NCBI GenBank assembly: GCA_000002445.1 | Contig: CP000068.1 | Coordinates: forward strand, 384,001 to 448,000 | Source: Trypanosoma brucei | Taxonomy: Eukaryota | Direction of reading: 5' to 3' | Length of the DNA: 64,000 bases | In this document: one piece after another, positions 21,985 to 33,038 of the stretch | Layout of the letters: every line of letters starts with the position of its first letter | How positions within the stretch are numbered: position 1 is the first letter of the stretch | Position numbers and translations under genes: made by a program | Notes under the pieces: model-generated | What the model was told of the DNA's origin: nothing | The model's input: only the letters and a program-made list of their open reading frames with translations | Databases searched by the model: none

Positions 21985-23241
21985 AAGAAAAACAAATGGT
22001 GCAGAATAACGACTACAGCTGTGACCCCAACAGCGAAAATGTGATACGAGCTGGCGGCACACAAGACAAAGAAAAGGGAAAAAGTTGTGAATAATAGAGG
22101 GGAGGGGGAGAGGGGAGGGGGGGAAAAAAACATGGCATTTTGTGACACCAAAAGTGGTTCAGGGGAAAGGTATGACAATAGCATGAAGTACGGAATTCAC
22201 AGCGCCTTGACTGCGCAGGATTCTTTTCATACCCTTTCTCTCCCTTTTTTTTTCCTTTTCTTTTCTTTTCCTTTTCCTTTTCCTTTTCCCATGCCCCTTC
22301 TTTTTCTGTCTTTCGGCGTCACCATCTATATATTTTTTGTTTGTATTTTCAACGGCGCGGCACACTTGAGCAATTGGAACAACTCACGCAGCGGTTGGAG
22401 GGGAATTAGCTGCTTTTCATTTATTTCAATGCTTCTCCATCCGTTTTTTTCTTTTTTTCTTTTTGCTGCTTCTACTACCCAGCGGAAATAGAAATAGAAA
22501 AAAAAATGGGCGGACTGGGGATGCGCGTAAAGAAAAAAAACTTCATCACGTCACACGATGTCGTTGATGGGAATTAAAATGTGAGGACGCGGAGAGTACT
22601 TTTTTTTTTTTGAAGGAAACAACGAAACGAAGCGAAAAAAAAAAGAGGGGAAGAAGAACCAAAAGAAAAAAAAGGAAAATTATAAAACGGATAAGAAAGG
22701 AACATGAATAAAGGAAAAGAAAGGCAAGAAGAGGCATCTGGCCGTCACCATGCGGCGTGCATGAAGGTAAGGGAGAGTTCGCACCGTCTTTTTTTTTTAA
22801 TAATAATAATAATTATTATTATTATTATGCGTGAGAGGGGGAAAGGGTGCTTGATTCCAAAGTTGTCGCCTTCATTTTATTATTATTATTATTGAAAATA
22901 CACACACACACACACAAAATAAATAAATAAATATATTAATATATTTACATACTTATTTTTTAGTTGTTGTTTCGCTTTGTGCTTCGACTGTCATTGGTGC
23001 ACCTTGTGCCCGTGTGTTGTTGTGGCTCCTCCAATGCCAAAAAAAAAAGGACAATTTCGTTTTCTTTCATATATCTCCCTTTGCTTTGCTGTGTAACTCA
23101 AAACATTTTCTTTGTTTTTTTTAAAAAATTAATTGCCTTCCCCTTTGTTACAACAAATCGAGGTATAAATAGATAAATAAATTAGTAAATAAATATATAC
23201 ATACATTTATTTACTAATTTTTTTTTTTAAAGGGCATCAAA

Positions 23242-23808
23242 ATGATGCCCGTCGCGGGTAGCTCCAATTGCTGCGGCAGTGTTTGCCGTTTGTCATGTGG
23301 TACTGGAGGATTAAAACATGAAGAGCAGATGCTTCGTATTGGTGCCAATTCAACTGTTCTTACAAGTTCTGCTGCAACAACACTTATTGTAGAAGATACG
23401 CATGATGACACATGCACATGTGAGTCTCCACTCATCCCGATGCAATTTACCCAACCTGTTGAGGTTTTAGATGCAATACTTTTCTCTGAAGCGGCGTTAC
23501 GTGAAAAGCGTCGTGAGGAGATTAGAATGGAGGATGAGAAACTACTGAAGGCGAGAAGGGAAAATATATTAAAACAACCTCCACTGGTTGTTAGGCCGCC
23601 ATTGTTGAGTCCCTTCTGTCCTAATGGACTTCCACCACTTGAAATTAAACAAGAACCGCTTTTTATGGAGAAGGACACGGTGGTTTCATCCATACGTGAA
23701 GAACTTCAGAAGCAGCGGCGTGAGAAGGCAGAAACTGAAGCGGCGTTACAAGAGGCAGAACTCGCTGCATTAGAGCTCAAATTGCTGTTACAGAAGGTGA
23801 GCATCTGA
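23242..23808 (+). CDS. Hypothetical protein with C-terminal coiled coil
   Basis: ATG 23242 verified; 188 aa; Cys-rich N-terminus, charged helical C-terminus; no known motif recognised. Confidence 0.4.
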   Translation: MMPVAGSSNCCGSVCRLSCGTGGLKHEEQMLRIGANSTVLTSSAATTLIVEDTHDDTCTCESPLIPMQFTQPVEVLDAILFSEAALREKRREEIRMEDEKLLKARRENILKQPPLVVRPPLLSPFCPNGLPPLEIKQEPLFMEKDTVVSSIREELQKQRREKAETEAALQEAELAALELKLLLQKVSI

Positions 23809-24749
23809 TTCATTTTATTTTATTTTATTTTATTTTCTTCCTTTGCTCTCCTGCTTTAATTCTTATGAAGCGGAAGCTGTACCATATATATCATGTTGAA
23901 GTGCAATGGGCACTTGCACACACATATATATATATGTATCGTGATGTATGTATATATATATATATATATATACATATATTTTACATGTTTATGTGATGCG
24001 TGCATTACACATTTGTGCTTTTGTTGTCGTTGTCGTTGTTGTTTTTCTTTACCCCTGCTGAAGTGTATTCTGTTGAGAACAAACACGGGATTTTTAATTT
24101 CCCACTTTGTTGCACTTGAAAATATATGTTGTAAACCTCATTTTTTTTTCCCCTCTCAAAAAAAATAAATAAAATAATGAGGAAGAATAAAAGAAAACGC
24201 ATCTTCTTTTTTCTTTTTTCTTTTTTTTTTTTTGCCTTCCATTTGCTTATTGTGCGCTCTTCGGAAGTTTTTTAGGTGAAGCGAAAAACAAAACAAAAAA
24301 AAGTGGTGATATAAAATATTTATATAAAACCGTGTGCCACATCTGGCTGGGACACGTACGCTGACGGTGCGCGGGGTTCCATTAGACACTTCACGATTCC
24401 GCAAAAAAAAGAAGCACTTCAACCCAGTTGAAAGGTGTGTGTTTGTGGAAGAACTGGAAACAACAACAGCAACAAAATAACACACAAAAAAAGAAAGAAC
24501 ATTACATAAATAGAGTTTTTTTTTTAAAAAAAAGAAAAAAAAAGAAAAAAGAAAGGAAAGGAAGGAAAAGAAAAAAAAAAAAGAGGTGCTTCACACTCAC
24601 TAACCCCGCCCCCAAGATATATTTAGTGGTAAGGTTACAATTTTCACTCATTTCACCTCGCCCCTTGTGTGTAAACATCAGATCTATATTAAATTCTTGC
24701 GCCATTTAAACTGAGGCGAAAGTTTTTTTTTTGTTTTTTTAAAAAAAAG

Positions 24750-26201
24750 ATGGCTCACGTTGCAATCCGGCGACAGCGGGAGGAGGAGCAGCGCGCTCGT
24801 GAACAGGCCCAAGCTGTGGAGAAGCGTATGCGATTGGCTGCTAACTTTGAGACACGGAGTGAGAAGGTTTATGAACAAAAAGATTTAATGCGACGCCTCG
24901 ATCTTGTGCGTGCCAAACACGATGATGCCCTCGTCGCCCGCCGTCAACGACTTGCTGCAATGCTCCTACGAGAGAAGGAAGAACATGAGGCGATGTTAAA
25001 TAATCTCACAGAGACGGATGAGCAGCGACGTGATCGGCTTATTCGGAAAGCGCGCGAACTGCGGGCCCAACAGCAGCATCACCTTCGTGTGGATGCTCAG
25101 AAGCGGCATGAACGTCTCTTTCGTGAAAAGATTGATTGCCTTCGCCTTGCGGAGAGTCGTTTGAGGGTCATGCAAGTTGCTAATGCCCGCTTTGAACAAC
25201 TTGCATTAGCAGAGAGACGCAAGGAGGAGCAGCAGCGGGAGGAGGAATTCTTTGCGCAACAACGGGTTGAGGAGAATCGGCTTGCGAATGAGCGAGCTCA
25301 GAAGGACTTAGAGGAGGATTACATACGAAAGCAGGCTGTTGTAAAGGCGCTAGCGGCACAAGTAGAGGGGAATAAAATGCGGGCGGAACAACACCAACTG
25401 GAGGTTAAGAAAGAGAATGAAGCCTTCTGTCGTGCTGTAGAGGAGGAGAGAGCGGCGGAGGCTCAGAAGAAGATGGAAGCCCGCATCGCCCGAGCAGCAC
25501 TCGCAAAGGAGATGAGTGAATTCAACGAGCAGTTGCGCACTGCGCGGCGGCAGGAATATGAACGACTCCAAAAGGAAGACAGGGAAGTGCTTGACCGAAT
25601 GCTGGCAGAATTGGCGGAGCAAGAGCAGGAGGAAAAGCGGCGTAAACATGAGCTGCGTGCGAATGCCAGGTTGCATCTGAAGGAAGTTGAGAGGCAGATG
25701 AACCAGCGCAAGGAGGATATGGAAAACTTAGACAAACTGTGGGAGGAGGAGAACAACAAGGTGTGGGAAAAGCGCGAGGCCCACTGGCGTGCGGATGAGG
25801 AGAAACGGCGTAAACTCCTGCGTAATGTACTTATCGTACGCCGGCAGCAGGTTCTGGACAAACGGCAACAGGAGAAGGAGGCAGTAGAGAGAGCTGAAGT
25901 AGAGAGACAAGAGTTCCGTAATATGATTGCGGGGTTGGCTGATATTGATGCAATGGAGCGAGCGCAACGTTTTGCAGTGGCAAAGGAAAACCAAAAGTAC
26001 CTCGAGTCTCAGGTGCAACGGCGCAATGCAGAGAAGGAGGAGGTGCGAATGGCAATGAAGACAGCGCTGACTGCTGAGCAAGAGAAGGAGAAGGTACATG
26101 CAGAGAGAATCAAGAGGGAAATAGAGAACTTAGAGCGGGCAAAACCGGAGCGTTACAAGGACGTGCCGCTGTTGCCCCGGCAACGATTCCCACCAATCTA
26201 G
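24750..26201 (+). CDS. E/R/K-rich coiled-coil protein, trichohyalin-plectin-homology (TPH)-like, possibly flagellar
   Basis: ATG 24750 verified; 483 aa, almost entirely charged helix (REEEQRAREQ..., EKRRKLLRNVLIVRRQQVLDKRQQEKEA...). This is typical of the TPH-domain ciliary proteins (CFAP45/CFAP53-like). Assignment is by composition and pattern only. Confidence 0.5.
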   Translation: MAHVAIRRQREEEQRAREQAQAVEKRMRLAANFETRSEKVYEQKDLMRRLDLVRAKHDDALVARRQRLAAMLLREKEEHEAMLNNLTETDEQRRDRLIRKARELRAQQQHHLRVDAQKRHERLFREKIDCLRLAESRLRVMQVANARFEQLALAERRKEEQQREEEFFAQQRVEENRLANERAQKDLEEDYIRKQAVVKALAAQVEGNKMRAEQHQLEVKKENEAFCRAVEEERAAEAQKKMEARIARAALAKEMSEFNEQLRTARRQEYERLQKEDREVLDRMLAELAEQEQEEKRRKHELRANARLHLKEVERQMNQRKEDMENLDKLWEEENNKVWEKREAHWRADEEKRRKLLRNVLIVRRQQVLDKRQQEKEAVERAEVERQEFRNMIAGLADIDAMERAQRFAVAKENQKYLESQVQRRNAEKEEVRMAMKTALTAEQEKEKVHAERIKREIENLERAKPERYKDVPLLPRQRFPPI

Positions 26202-27176
26202 ACATAGTGACAGCAAGGTAAATTAAAGCAAAAGCAAAAGCAAAAGTAACGCAAAGGAACGAAAGAGAAAGAGGGGAAGAAGAAAAGAGAGAGAGAGAAA
26301 AAAAAAGAAGGAAGTAGAACAAAAGAGGGAGGGACGTGGTGTGAAATGTGAAAAGGAAAGAATAAATAATCCACAAACGCTCATACACATTCACATGTGC
26401 GTGTGGAAGAGGATAGTTGGATTGTGAGAAAGGTACGTATGTTTTTTTTTATTTATATACGTGTGTGTCTTTGTGTCCTCGTGTTTGCTCGTGTGTGCGG
26501 TAAAGACAGAAAAGAAAAAAAGAAAGCATCTCTTCATATTGCTTCCATTACTTTCTCATTTCGGTTTCCGCGCATGCTTGCTTCAAATAGTGCTGATTAT
26601 ATTTGGTGTGGTGGCTACTGTTGTCTCGAAGATGTATAGGCGGGTGAAGGCGTGCATGTATCAATCCAACCTAATGTCTGATCTCCCCTAATCTTAGCCC
26701 ATTTCCGCCGCTGCGTTTTAAAGTATAAAGAATATTTGTATATATATATATATATATATATGAGTTTGCCGGGGCGGCCTGTTCTTCTTCCTCCCTTTTT
26801 CTTTGCTTCTTTTTTTTTCCTGTTGTGAGAACTGAATGGTGAAAGAAGGGAGATGTTGCTCTAATGGCAACCGTGGGAAGATGTACTTTACCTTTCGCGT
26901 TTTTATAGTGCAGCACGCATATATATATATGTTTGTGTGTCTTTTATTCCCCCCTTTCCTCTTCAATGAACACCTATGCTTTGTAATTTTGTGTGTTAAC
27001 AAATGCCCTTGTAGATTTGTTGATGCTTATTCATTCGTTCATTCACTTTTCCTGTCTTCTGCTCAACATTACTGCCTGCATTGACCCCGACGTCGTTGTA
27101 TTTCAGCCAACAGAAGGCATCGGTACAACGCAGGAGAGCCTCGATCCCGTCCTCACGGATTTGAGTAGCCAATTCT

Positions 27177-28235
27177 ATGCCACTAAATGCTCAACAATTG
27201 TTATTTCACTTAGCACGACGCAATTCTGCCCCACCATGGCGCTGGTTCCCGACTGCAACAGAGAACAAATTGTTTGAGCGACTTGACACGAGCGGTTCTC
27301 CCACAGCGCAAGTTGTTTACTCTCAGTTTGTACAGGCACGCCTTCAGGGGAGTTGCAGTGCAGGCACCGCACCAATTCAGCTCGACTTGTTTTTAGATGA
27401 GTTGACTCCTTCAGACGATGGCGATTACATTTTGAGATGTCCGTTAGCAAACAGTCACTTGATGAAGCGCCTTGTGGTGCCTGCTCCCATGCGGATAGCC
27501 ATGCATGGATTACTGCAGGAAGTTATTGATGTGTTCCAGCAGGCAGGTATTCGTTATTGGGCTGCAGGAGGCACGTTACTTGGGGCCGTACGGCATGGAT
27601 GCATTATTCCGTGGGATGACGATGTGGATTTGGCAATTTCCGTCGAAGATGAGTTGAAGCTCCGATCTGCCTTCAAATACCCGTGCGCCCATGGTAGTGA
27701 TGACAATATCGGTGATAATAGTGGTGATTGCAACTCTGAGTACTCAAGCGAAAGTAGCAGTAATGAAGTTGAGAAGAATGATGGAAACAACGGCGGAAAT
27801 CTGGTACTTGAGTATGTGCCACTCTTTGGGTATAAGGTGTATAGCCGTCTGCTACCGCCCCCTTTCCCTTCACCGTCTTTGCCTGGCGTTGGTAGTTCAT
27901 GCCTAAGGTATGGCTATTTTGTTGATATATTTATTATGCGAGAATCCAAAAACCGCTTTGTTTTGGCTCGGGAGTCCGCTCAGCGGACGTGGCCTGACGA
28001 GTGGTGGCACGTGGATGAGTTGTTTCCATTGCTTCAAAAACCCTTCGCTGCTGTCGCGGCATGTGCGAGTGAGCAGCACCCCCAGACGGCGCTGCAACTA
28101 TCGGTGGGACGGTACCCGCTCATGCATTTGCACCGGTTGTATGGAGAAACGTGCATGCAAGAAGCCCTCATCCCGCGTGAGCTTCACGGCCGTGAGTTAA
28201 GTCACTCGCTCCGAATTCCGTTGGAGTTGCTTTGA
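27177..28235 (+). CDS. LicD/fukutin-family nucleotidyltransferase-fold protein (putative glycan phosphotransferase)
   Basis: Signature GGTLLGAVRHGCIIPWDDDVDLAI matches the LicD family core (GTLLGAVR...IPWDDDiDi, DxD). ATG 27177 verified. Confidence 0.65.
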   Translation: MPLNAQQLLFHLARRNSAPPWRWFPTATENKLFERLDTSGSPTAQVVYSQFVQARLQGSCSAGTAPIQLDLFLDELTPSDDGDYILRCPLANSHLMKRLVVPAPMRIAMHGLLQEVIDVFQQAGIRYWAAGGTLLGAVRHGCIIPWDDDVDLAISVEDELKLRSAFKYPCAHGSDDNIGDNSGDCNSEYSSESSSNEVEKNDGNNGGNLVLEYVPLFGYKVYSRLLPPPFPSPSLPGVGSSCLRYGYFVDIFIMRESKNRFVLARESAQRTWPDEWWHVDELFPLLQKPFAAVAACASEQHPQTALQLSVGRYPLMHLHRLYGETCMQEALIPRELHGRELSHSLRIPLELL

Positions 28236-28282
28236 GGTTCACACCGGAGGGGGAAATGCCGCGAATGTGTGTGCGTGCGTGC

Positions 28283-28303
28283 GTATATATATATATATAT
28301 ATA

Positions 28304-28337
<34 letters not shown>
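28283..28337. repeat. Compound microsatellite (TA)n(TG)n
   Basis: tatatatatatatatatatgtatatgtgtgtgtgtgtgtgtgtgtgtgtg. Confidence 0.9.
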
Positions 28338-28809
28338 GAGGAAATCTCCGTTTACCGTTCTTTGAGCGCAGGGTCGCGACACCCCTTCCCATTTATCCCA
28401 TTACAGTTCGTATCGCACATCAAATCTTTTGAAACATGTTGCTCCCCTTCTGTTGAGTATACAACGTCCATTTATTTTTGTGATTTTGGCTATCACCCAC
28501 TTCCTGCCCTCTTTTTATCACTAATTTTTTCCCTTTACTTTTTCGTCCGACGTATCTTTCCGGCGGTAACGTGGAGAAAGTGAGTTCCGACCCGCCCTCG
28601 TGGTGAGATTATTGAGCACCCGTAGAAACATAAAAAAAAAGGGGGGAGGGAGACAGAGTCTGAAATAGGAAGGCTGCGAAACTAAAGGAAGAATTTGCGA
28701 AAAACACATTATAGGGAGGATATATCGACCAATTATCACTGTTACCATCATCACCATTATAGTTACCATTTTACTTGATTAATACGTTGTTGTGATTCGC
28801 TTACAGTAA

Positions 28810-30540
28810 ATGACCGAAAGCGTTGGAGCTAGCACCCCGACGGGGGGCCGCAGTGACAAAGTGACGTTTTATTCTCGTCTCGTGAAGGAGGTGCAAGGCA
28901 TTGTTGAGTTCCCCAGTAAACGTTTGGCACCTGCCGCCAACGCAATAATTAACCTCAGTAACGTTGCGGCGTCACTTTTCTATGGATTGAATCGACACGC
29001 AAACCCCGAGGCCGTCTTGCAGTCGCCACCCGTCAATTGGCTCGGGTTTTATCTCATGCACGGCCCGGAGCTTCTGGCGTTGGGTCCTTTTCAGGGTCGG
29101 CCGGCCTGCACGGAAATAAAAATGGGTCGCGGTGTTTGTGGGACGGCGGCACAGCAGGCGAAGACGCTTGTCGTTTCCGATGTCCATGAATTTCCGGGCC
29201 ACATTGCCTGCGACTCGGCTTCAAACTCTGAGATTGTGGTCCCAATCAAGTCGGCAGCGGGGGAAGTCGTAGGTATCATAGATGTGGACAGCACGCAGCT
29301 GAACTTCTTTGACGATGTGGATGCACAGGGACTGCAGGAAGTAGCAGAAATTGTAGCGAGGCACGTTGACTTCTCCGTCTTTCATCAATTTTGCACACAA
29401 ATGCCTCTAGCGGGTACTGGCCCCAGTGCGCCTGAGAAGCCGACCGCTAATGTGGGTGCCGGATCTGAAACCCAACCGTCGGTATTACCATCTAACGACG
29501 GCACTGACAAGAACATCAAGGACAAGGTTTGCCTTACAGGATCAGCTGTTGCCGCCCTTTGTGCCTCTGGGCTGGCTGCGAAGGCAGTGACATTACCCCC
29601 AAGCTGTAAGTTGTCCGCGGCCACCATCATGCCTTTATCAAACCACGCGGTACAGGGACAACGCGAAGCTTCGTTAGAGGAGGGCCGGCCATTAGTACAG
29701 GCGTCACCGAGACGCTGGTCGGTGGATATTAGCGGGTGGGAATTTGAGGGGACCGACTTCACGCGGATATTGACACAAGAGGAACTAAAGCAATACGAGG
29801 AGGAGCTTGGCATTGGCTCCATACCAGAGCTACAATTCCCCTTCAACACTCTCCATATCACACCTGTCGCCCGCCATGGTAAAGTTCCACTTTTGAGTTT
29901 CTCCCTGAAAGATCTGTTACGTGCAGCCGCTGCATATTACAAAACTGAGTCTTATCGCGAAACCACCGTTCCTCAGCTTGTTATTCCTGTCTCTGAAACG
30001 TGGAAGCGCACCCCATACGCGGTGTTTGATGCGAAGGTTGACTGGGCATGGCGAAACGACTTTTTTGGCTTTGACAAAAGCTCTTGTACGTTGAAGCCGC
30101 TGGAGCCCACGATGCCTGGCTTAAACTGGGATCTGTTGAGAGATCGTACGCTTCCCATTCTCTTCTTTCACAACTTTGACATGTTGGAAGATGACCTGCA
30201 CGACCACGGTGTGGTGAAGAGTTCTGTTCGAATCCGAGCTATGCCCACGGCCTTCTTCATCCTTCATCGCCACTTTATACGTATCGATCACTACCGCATT
30301 TGGATTCGTGACGTGCGCATCTTTCATCAGTACGAGGTGCGGCGCGAGAATGGGGAACCACACATTGTTGTGCGTGAAGAAGTGCGGCTGCTTGACATTA
30401 ACAACGATGTGCAGTGGAGTGAGAAGGATTCCGATGAATGCGCCCAGTTGGCGAAACTTGAGAGTGAACAGGAGTACTACGTGAGTTTTGACAGGGATTC
30501 GGCGGGACGGGGATGGTGGAACACTATTAACACATCGTAG
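28810..30540 (+). CDS. Free methionine-(R)-sulfoxide reductase (fRMsr, GAF domain) with about 380-aa C-terminal extension of unknown function
   Basis: Residues about 40-190 carry NWLGFYL, the catalytic GRGVCG and PGHIACDSASNSEIVVPI motifs typical of the fRMsr/YebR/Ykg9 GAF enzymes. The remaining roughly 380 aa have no motif I recognise. ATG 28810 verified. Confidence 0.75.
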   Translation: MTESVGASTPTGGRSDKVTFYSRLVKEVQGIVEFPSKRLAPAANAIINLSNVAASLFYGLNRHANPEAVLQSPPVNWLGFYLMHGPELLALGPFQGRPACTEIKMGRGVCGTAAQQAKTLVVSDVHEFPGHIACDSASNSEIVVPIKSAAGEVVGIIDVDSTQLNFFDDVDAQGLQEVAEIVARHVDFSVFHQFCTQMPLAGTGPSAPEKPTANVGAGSETQPSVLPSNDGTDKNIKDKVCLTGSAVAALCASGLAAKAVTLPPSCKLSAATIMPLSNHAVQGQREASLEEGRPLVQASPRRWSVDISGWEFEGTDFTRILTQEELKQYEEELGIGSIPELQFPFNTLHITPVARHGKVPLLSFSLKDLLRAAAAYYKTESYRETTVPQLVIPVSETWKRTPYAVFDAKVDWAWRNDFFGFDKSSCTLKPLEPTMPGLNWDLLRDRTLPILFFHNFDMLEDDLHDHGVVKSSVRIRAMPTAFFILHRHFIRIDHYRIWIRDVRIFHQYEVRRENGEPHIVVREEVRLLDINNDVQWSEKDSDECAQLAKLESEQEYYVSFDRDSAGRGWWNTINTS

Positions 30541-31316
30541 GAAGTTCTTTTCGCCCTTAACCCTTCATTTATCAAACGCTGATTTTGTTTTTCTGCTGTA
30601 TACTTTTCGTTCATTTATCTTCATCTTTCTCTAGGTGTCATTGTCAGTGTTGTGATTTATGTTGGGCGTGTGCTTTCTCTCTTACAACACATTGTCTCGG
30701 CACCTTTTAATGCGGCTTTGCCGTTGAAGATAAATCACCGCACTACCGTTTTCCTCTCCCCTCCCTCTTTCTTTTTCTTTCTCTTTCTGTCTCCCTCCGG
30801 TCCCATTGTTTCATTCTTCATTCTTTTTCTCTCTTGGTGCGTGCCTAAATTTTGTGTTGTGTGATAAATAAAGAAATGTTTTTTTGTTTTAAATGAAAGA
30901 AGCGGGGAAAGGGAGGCGGTGCGGGAAAGGTAGTGAATAACATTGATGCAGCGAGAAAGGTTATTGTTTAGCAAAAGGAGGAGGATGAAACTGAGAAGAG
31001 TATGTTGAAGGAAACGCTGTGCGGAAAGGGAGGCGTAATCTGTTGGGCATTAGTGGATTGCGATTCCATTTGTTACTACAGCTCCTGTGACGTTACATTA
31101 ATATTTTCTAGTCAGCACACAATTATGTGCGTATACGTTTTTGTTTTGTGTATGTGTTGTTTTGCTCATATATTCTCCCATGTTTCTAATATTTTGGTGA
31201 ATAACAAGGAAAAAAAATATATTAAAAAAGACAAGAAAGAGCAAAAAGGTGCCTAAGGTAAGATACGTTGTGTAACTTGCACTTTTTTTTTTTTTACTTC
31301 TTAAAGACTATAGAGG

Positions 31317-33038
31317 ATGGTGTCTTGTTTCGTGCGGCCGGTGGATGTCTTTGGGAACCCCAAGACTGCCCTCGGTGAGAACCTAGAGCCGCAGCATACA
31401 TGGCTGGAATGGATATTTATGCCGCGTCACAAGCCCCTCTTCCACAACTTTTCCTCCAATGCGAGAGCAGGTTTGACAGTGGCGCTTGTCAACGTCCCAT
31501 TGAGTATTGCACTCGCCATTGGCAGCGGTGCCACACCTGAGCAGGGAATAGTGAGTTGCGTATGGGCAGGGACGGTGGCCACTATTGTGGGATCTTCGCA
31601 TTTCAACGTTGTCGGACCAACCGGTGCGCTCAGTGGCCTTCTCGCCTCAATGGTTGCCGCTCGTGGCCCCGGGGTTCTTTCACCACTGGCGTTGCAAGCC
31701 GCGTTGTGGATATTTCTTTTCTTTCTTTTGCGTGTCAACCGTCTCCTGCGCTACGTGAGCTCCGGTGTGGCGCATGGATTTGGTTGTGGCGTTGCCATAG
31801 TTATCGCTGTTGGACAAATTCCATCAGCCTTAGGCCTGAAGAACGTGACACCGCACGAGTCACTGGTGGAGAAGCTTAAGGAAGATTACAGAAGAATCGA
31901 CACCATTAGCATACCCGACACGTTGCTGTTTCTCTCCACAATCTTACCTCTACTCATACTCTCGAAGCGGTACAATAAAATCCCCTGGCAGATCGTGTTT
32001 ACCATGTTGGGCATAGCTATGGCGAGGATATTGCCTTCTGGTAGTTTGGTGCTTCTTGGGTCAAAATATCCCAACCTTTCACTGAACTTCTTCTCTTTTC
32101 AGCCGTTGCACACGCTGATTGAGGCGGACTACTTTGATTTCAAAACAGTGTTGTACGGTTTTGGTATAGCCATTGTGGCACTTATAGAAACCCTCATTAG
32201 CTCCATTATTGCAAACAATCACGTGGATGATAAGTCTTACCTCAATTACTCGGGAGCCCGAGATACATTTGGCCTGGCTATGGCGAATCTGATGAGCTCG
32301 TTAGTTGGCGGTATTCCCTCCACCGCGGCGTTGGCGCGCACAGCGTTAATGATTCATTCCAGCGCCTTTTCTCGTGTTGCCGGGGTTATTTCATGCATGG
32401 CTGTGGCTTTATTATGTAGTGTGTTATTGCCACTATTCCGTGATATTCCCATGGCCACCGTTGCGGCAATCCTCATGGTGGTGGCATATAAACTGGTGGA
32501 CTTGCACGACTTGCACATATTGCATGTGGTTGATACGGCAAATTTGTATTCGACCATCATTACATGCGCCGCGTGCGTACTTACCGATACGTTCGTTGGA
32601 CTTGTTGTTGGTGTCTTTATCAGTGTACTTCTGAACTATTCTGATTCACAGGAGGCGGAGGTTTTATTTGAAGAGGAGGATGAGACATTTGCCTCACCAC
32701 ACCGCCCGGAACCCGTTATGTTCCGTGTCCTTATTGTTCGACCACAGGAGTCTCTTCTTTTTATTAATGCGGAAATCATGAAAAATACCATATTTGAGCG
32801 AAGTGTCACCTTTTGTGAGTCCACGCCTTCTGGGCTGAAGAGGCGACTTGTTCTCGATATGGCTCTTGTCAACCGCGTGGATTTTGACGGCACGAAGGCG
32901 TTGGGTGAAATTATTAGTGCACACCGCGAGAAAAATTGGGTTGTCGATGTTATTAACGCCCAACACCTTCGAAACAGCCTCGCCTTGTGCACACCCTTCC
33001 ATGATTTGCACAAGTTGGAGTATCAAGAATTGTACTGA
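31317..33038 (+). CDS. SulP-family anion (sulfate) transporter with C-terminal STAS domain
   Basis: Multi-pass TM core with NVVGPTGALSGLLA and IPSTAALARTALM segments. C-terminal STAS-like region (RRLVLDMALVNRVDFDGTKALGEII). ATG 31317 verified; alternative start MPRHKP about 31419. Confidence 0.8.
   Translation: MVSCFVRPVDVFGNPKTALGENLEPQHTWLEWIFMPRHKPLFHNFSSNARAGLTVALVNVPLSIALAIGSGATPEQGIVSCVWAGTVATIVGSSHFNVVGPTGALSGLLASMVAARGPGVLSPLALQAALWIFLFFLLRVNRLLRYVSSGVAHGFGCGVAIVIAVGQIPSALGLKNVTPHESLVEKLKEDYRRIDTISIPDTLLFLSTILPLLILSKRYNKIPWQIVFTMLGIAMARILPSGSLVLLGSKYPNLSLNFFSFQPLHTLIEADYFDFKTVLYGFGIAIVALIETLISSIIANNHVDDKSYLNYSGARDTFGLAMANLMSSLVGGIPSTAALARTALMIHSSAFSRVAGVISCMAVALLCSVLLPLFRDIPMATVAAILMVVAYKLVDLHDLHILHVVDTANLYSTIITCAACVLTDTFVGLVVGVFISVLLNYSDSQEAEVLFEEEDETFASPHRPEPVMFRVLIVRPQESLLFINAEIMKNTIFERSVTFCESTPSGLKRRLVLDMALVNRVDFDGTKALGEIISAHREKNWVVDVINAQHLRNSLALCTPFHDLHKLEYQELY

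Noticed and set aside
26993-27277. Alternative-frame ORF (MLTNALVDLL...MALVPDCNREQIV) overlapping the start of the LicD-like gene
   Set aside because: Short and overlaps the 5' end of a 352-aa ORF that carries a clear family signature; likely 5'UTR sequence.
29390-29410. Internal Met (MPLAGTG) in the fRMsr ORF as the start of a separate downstream gene
   Set aside because: No polypyrimidine tract or AG cluster and no drop in coding-like composition between the GAF domain and the C-terminal region; a single ORF is more parsimonious, pending SL-site data.
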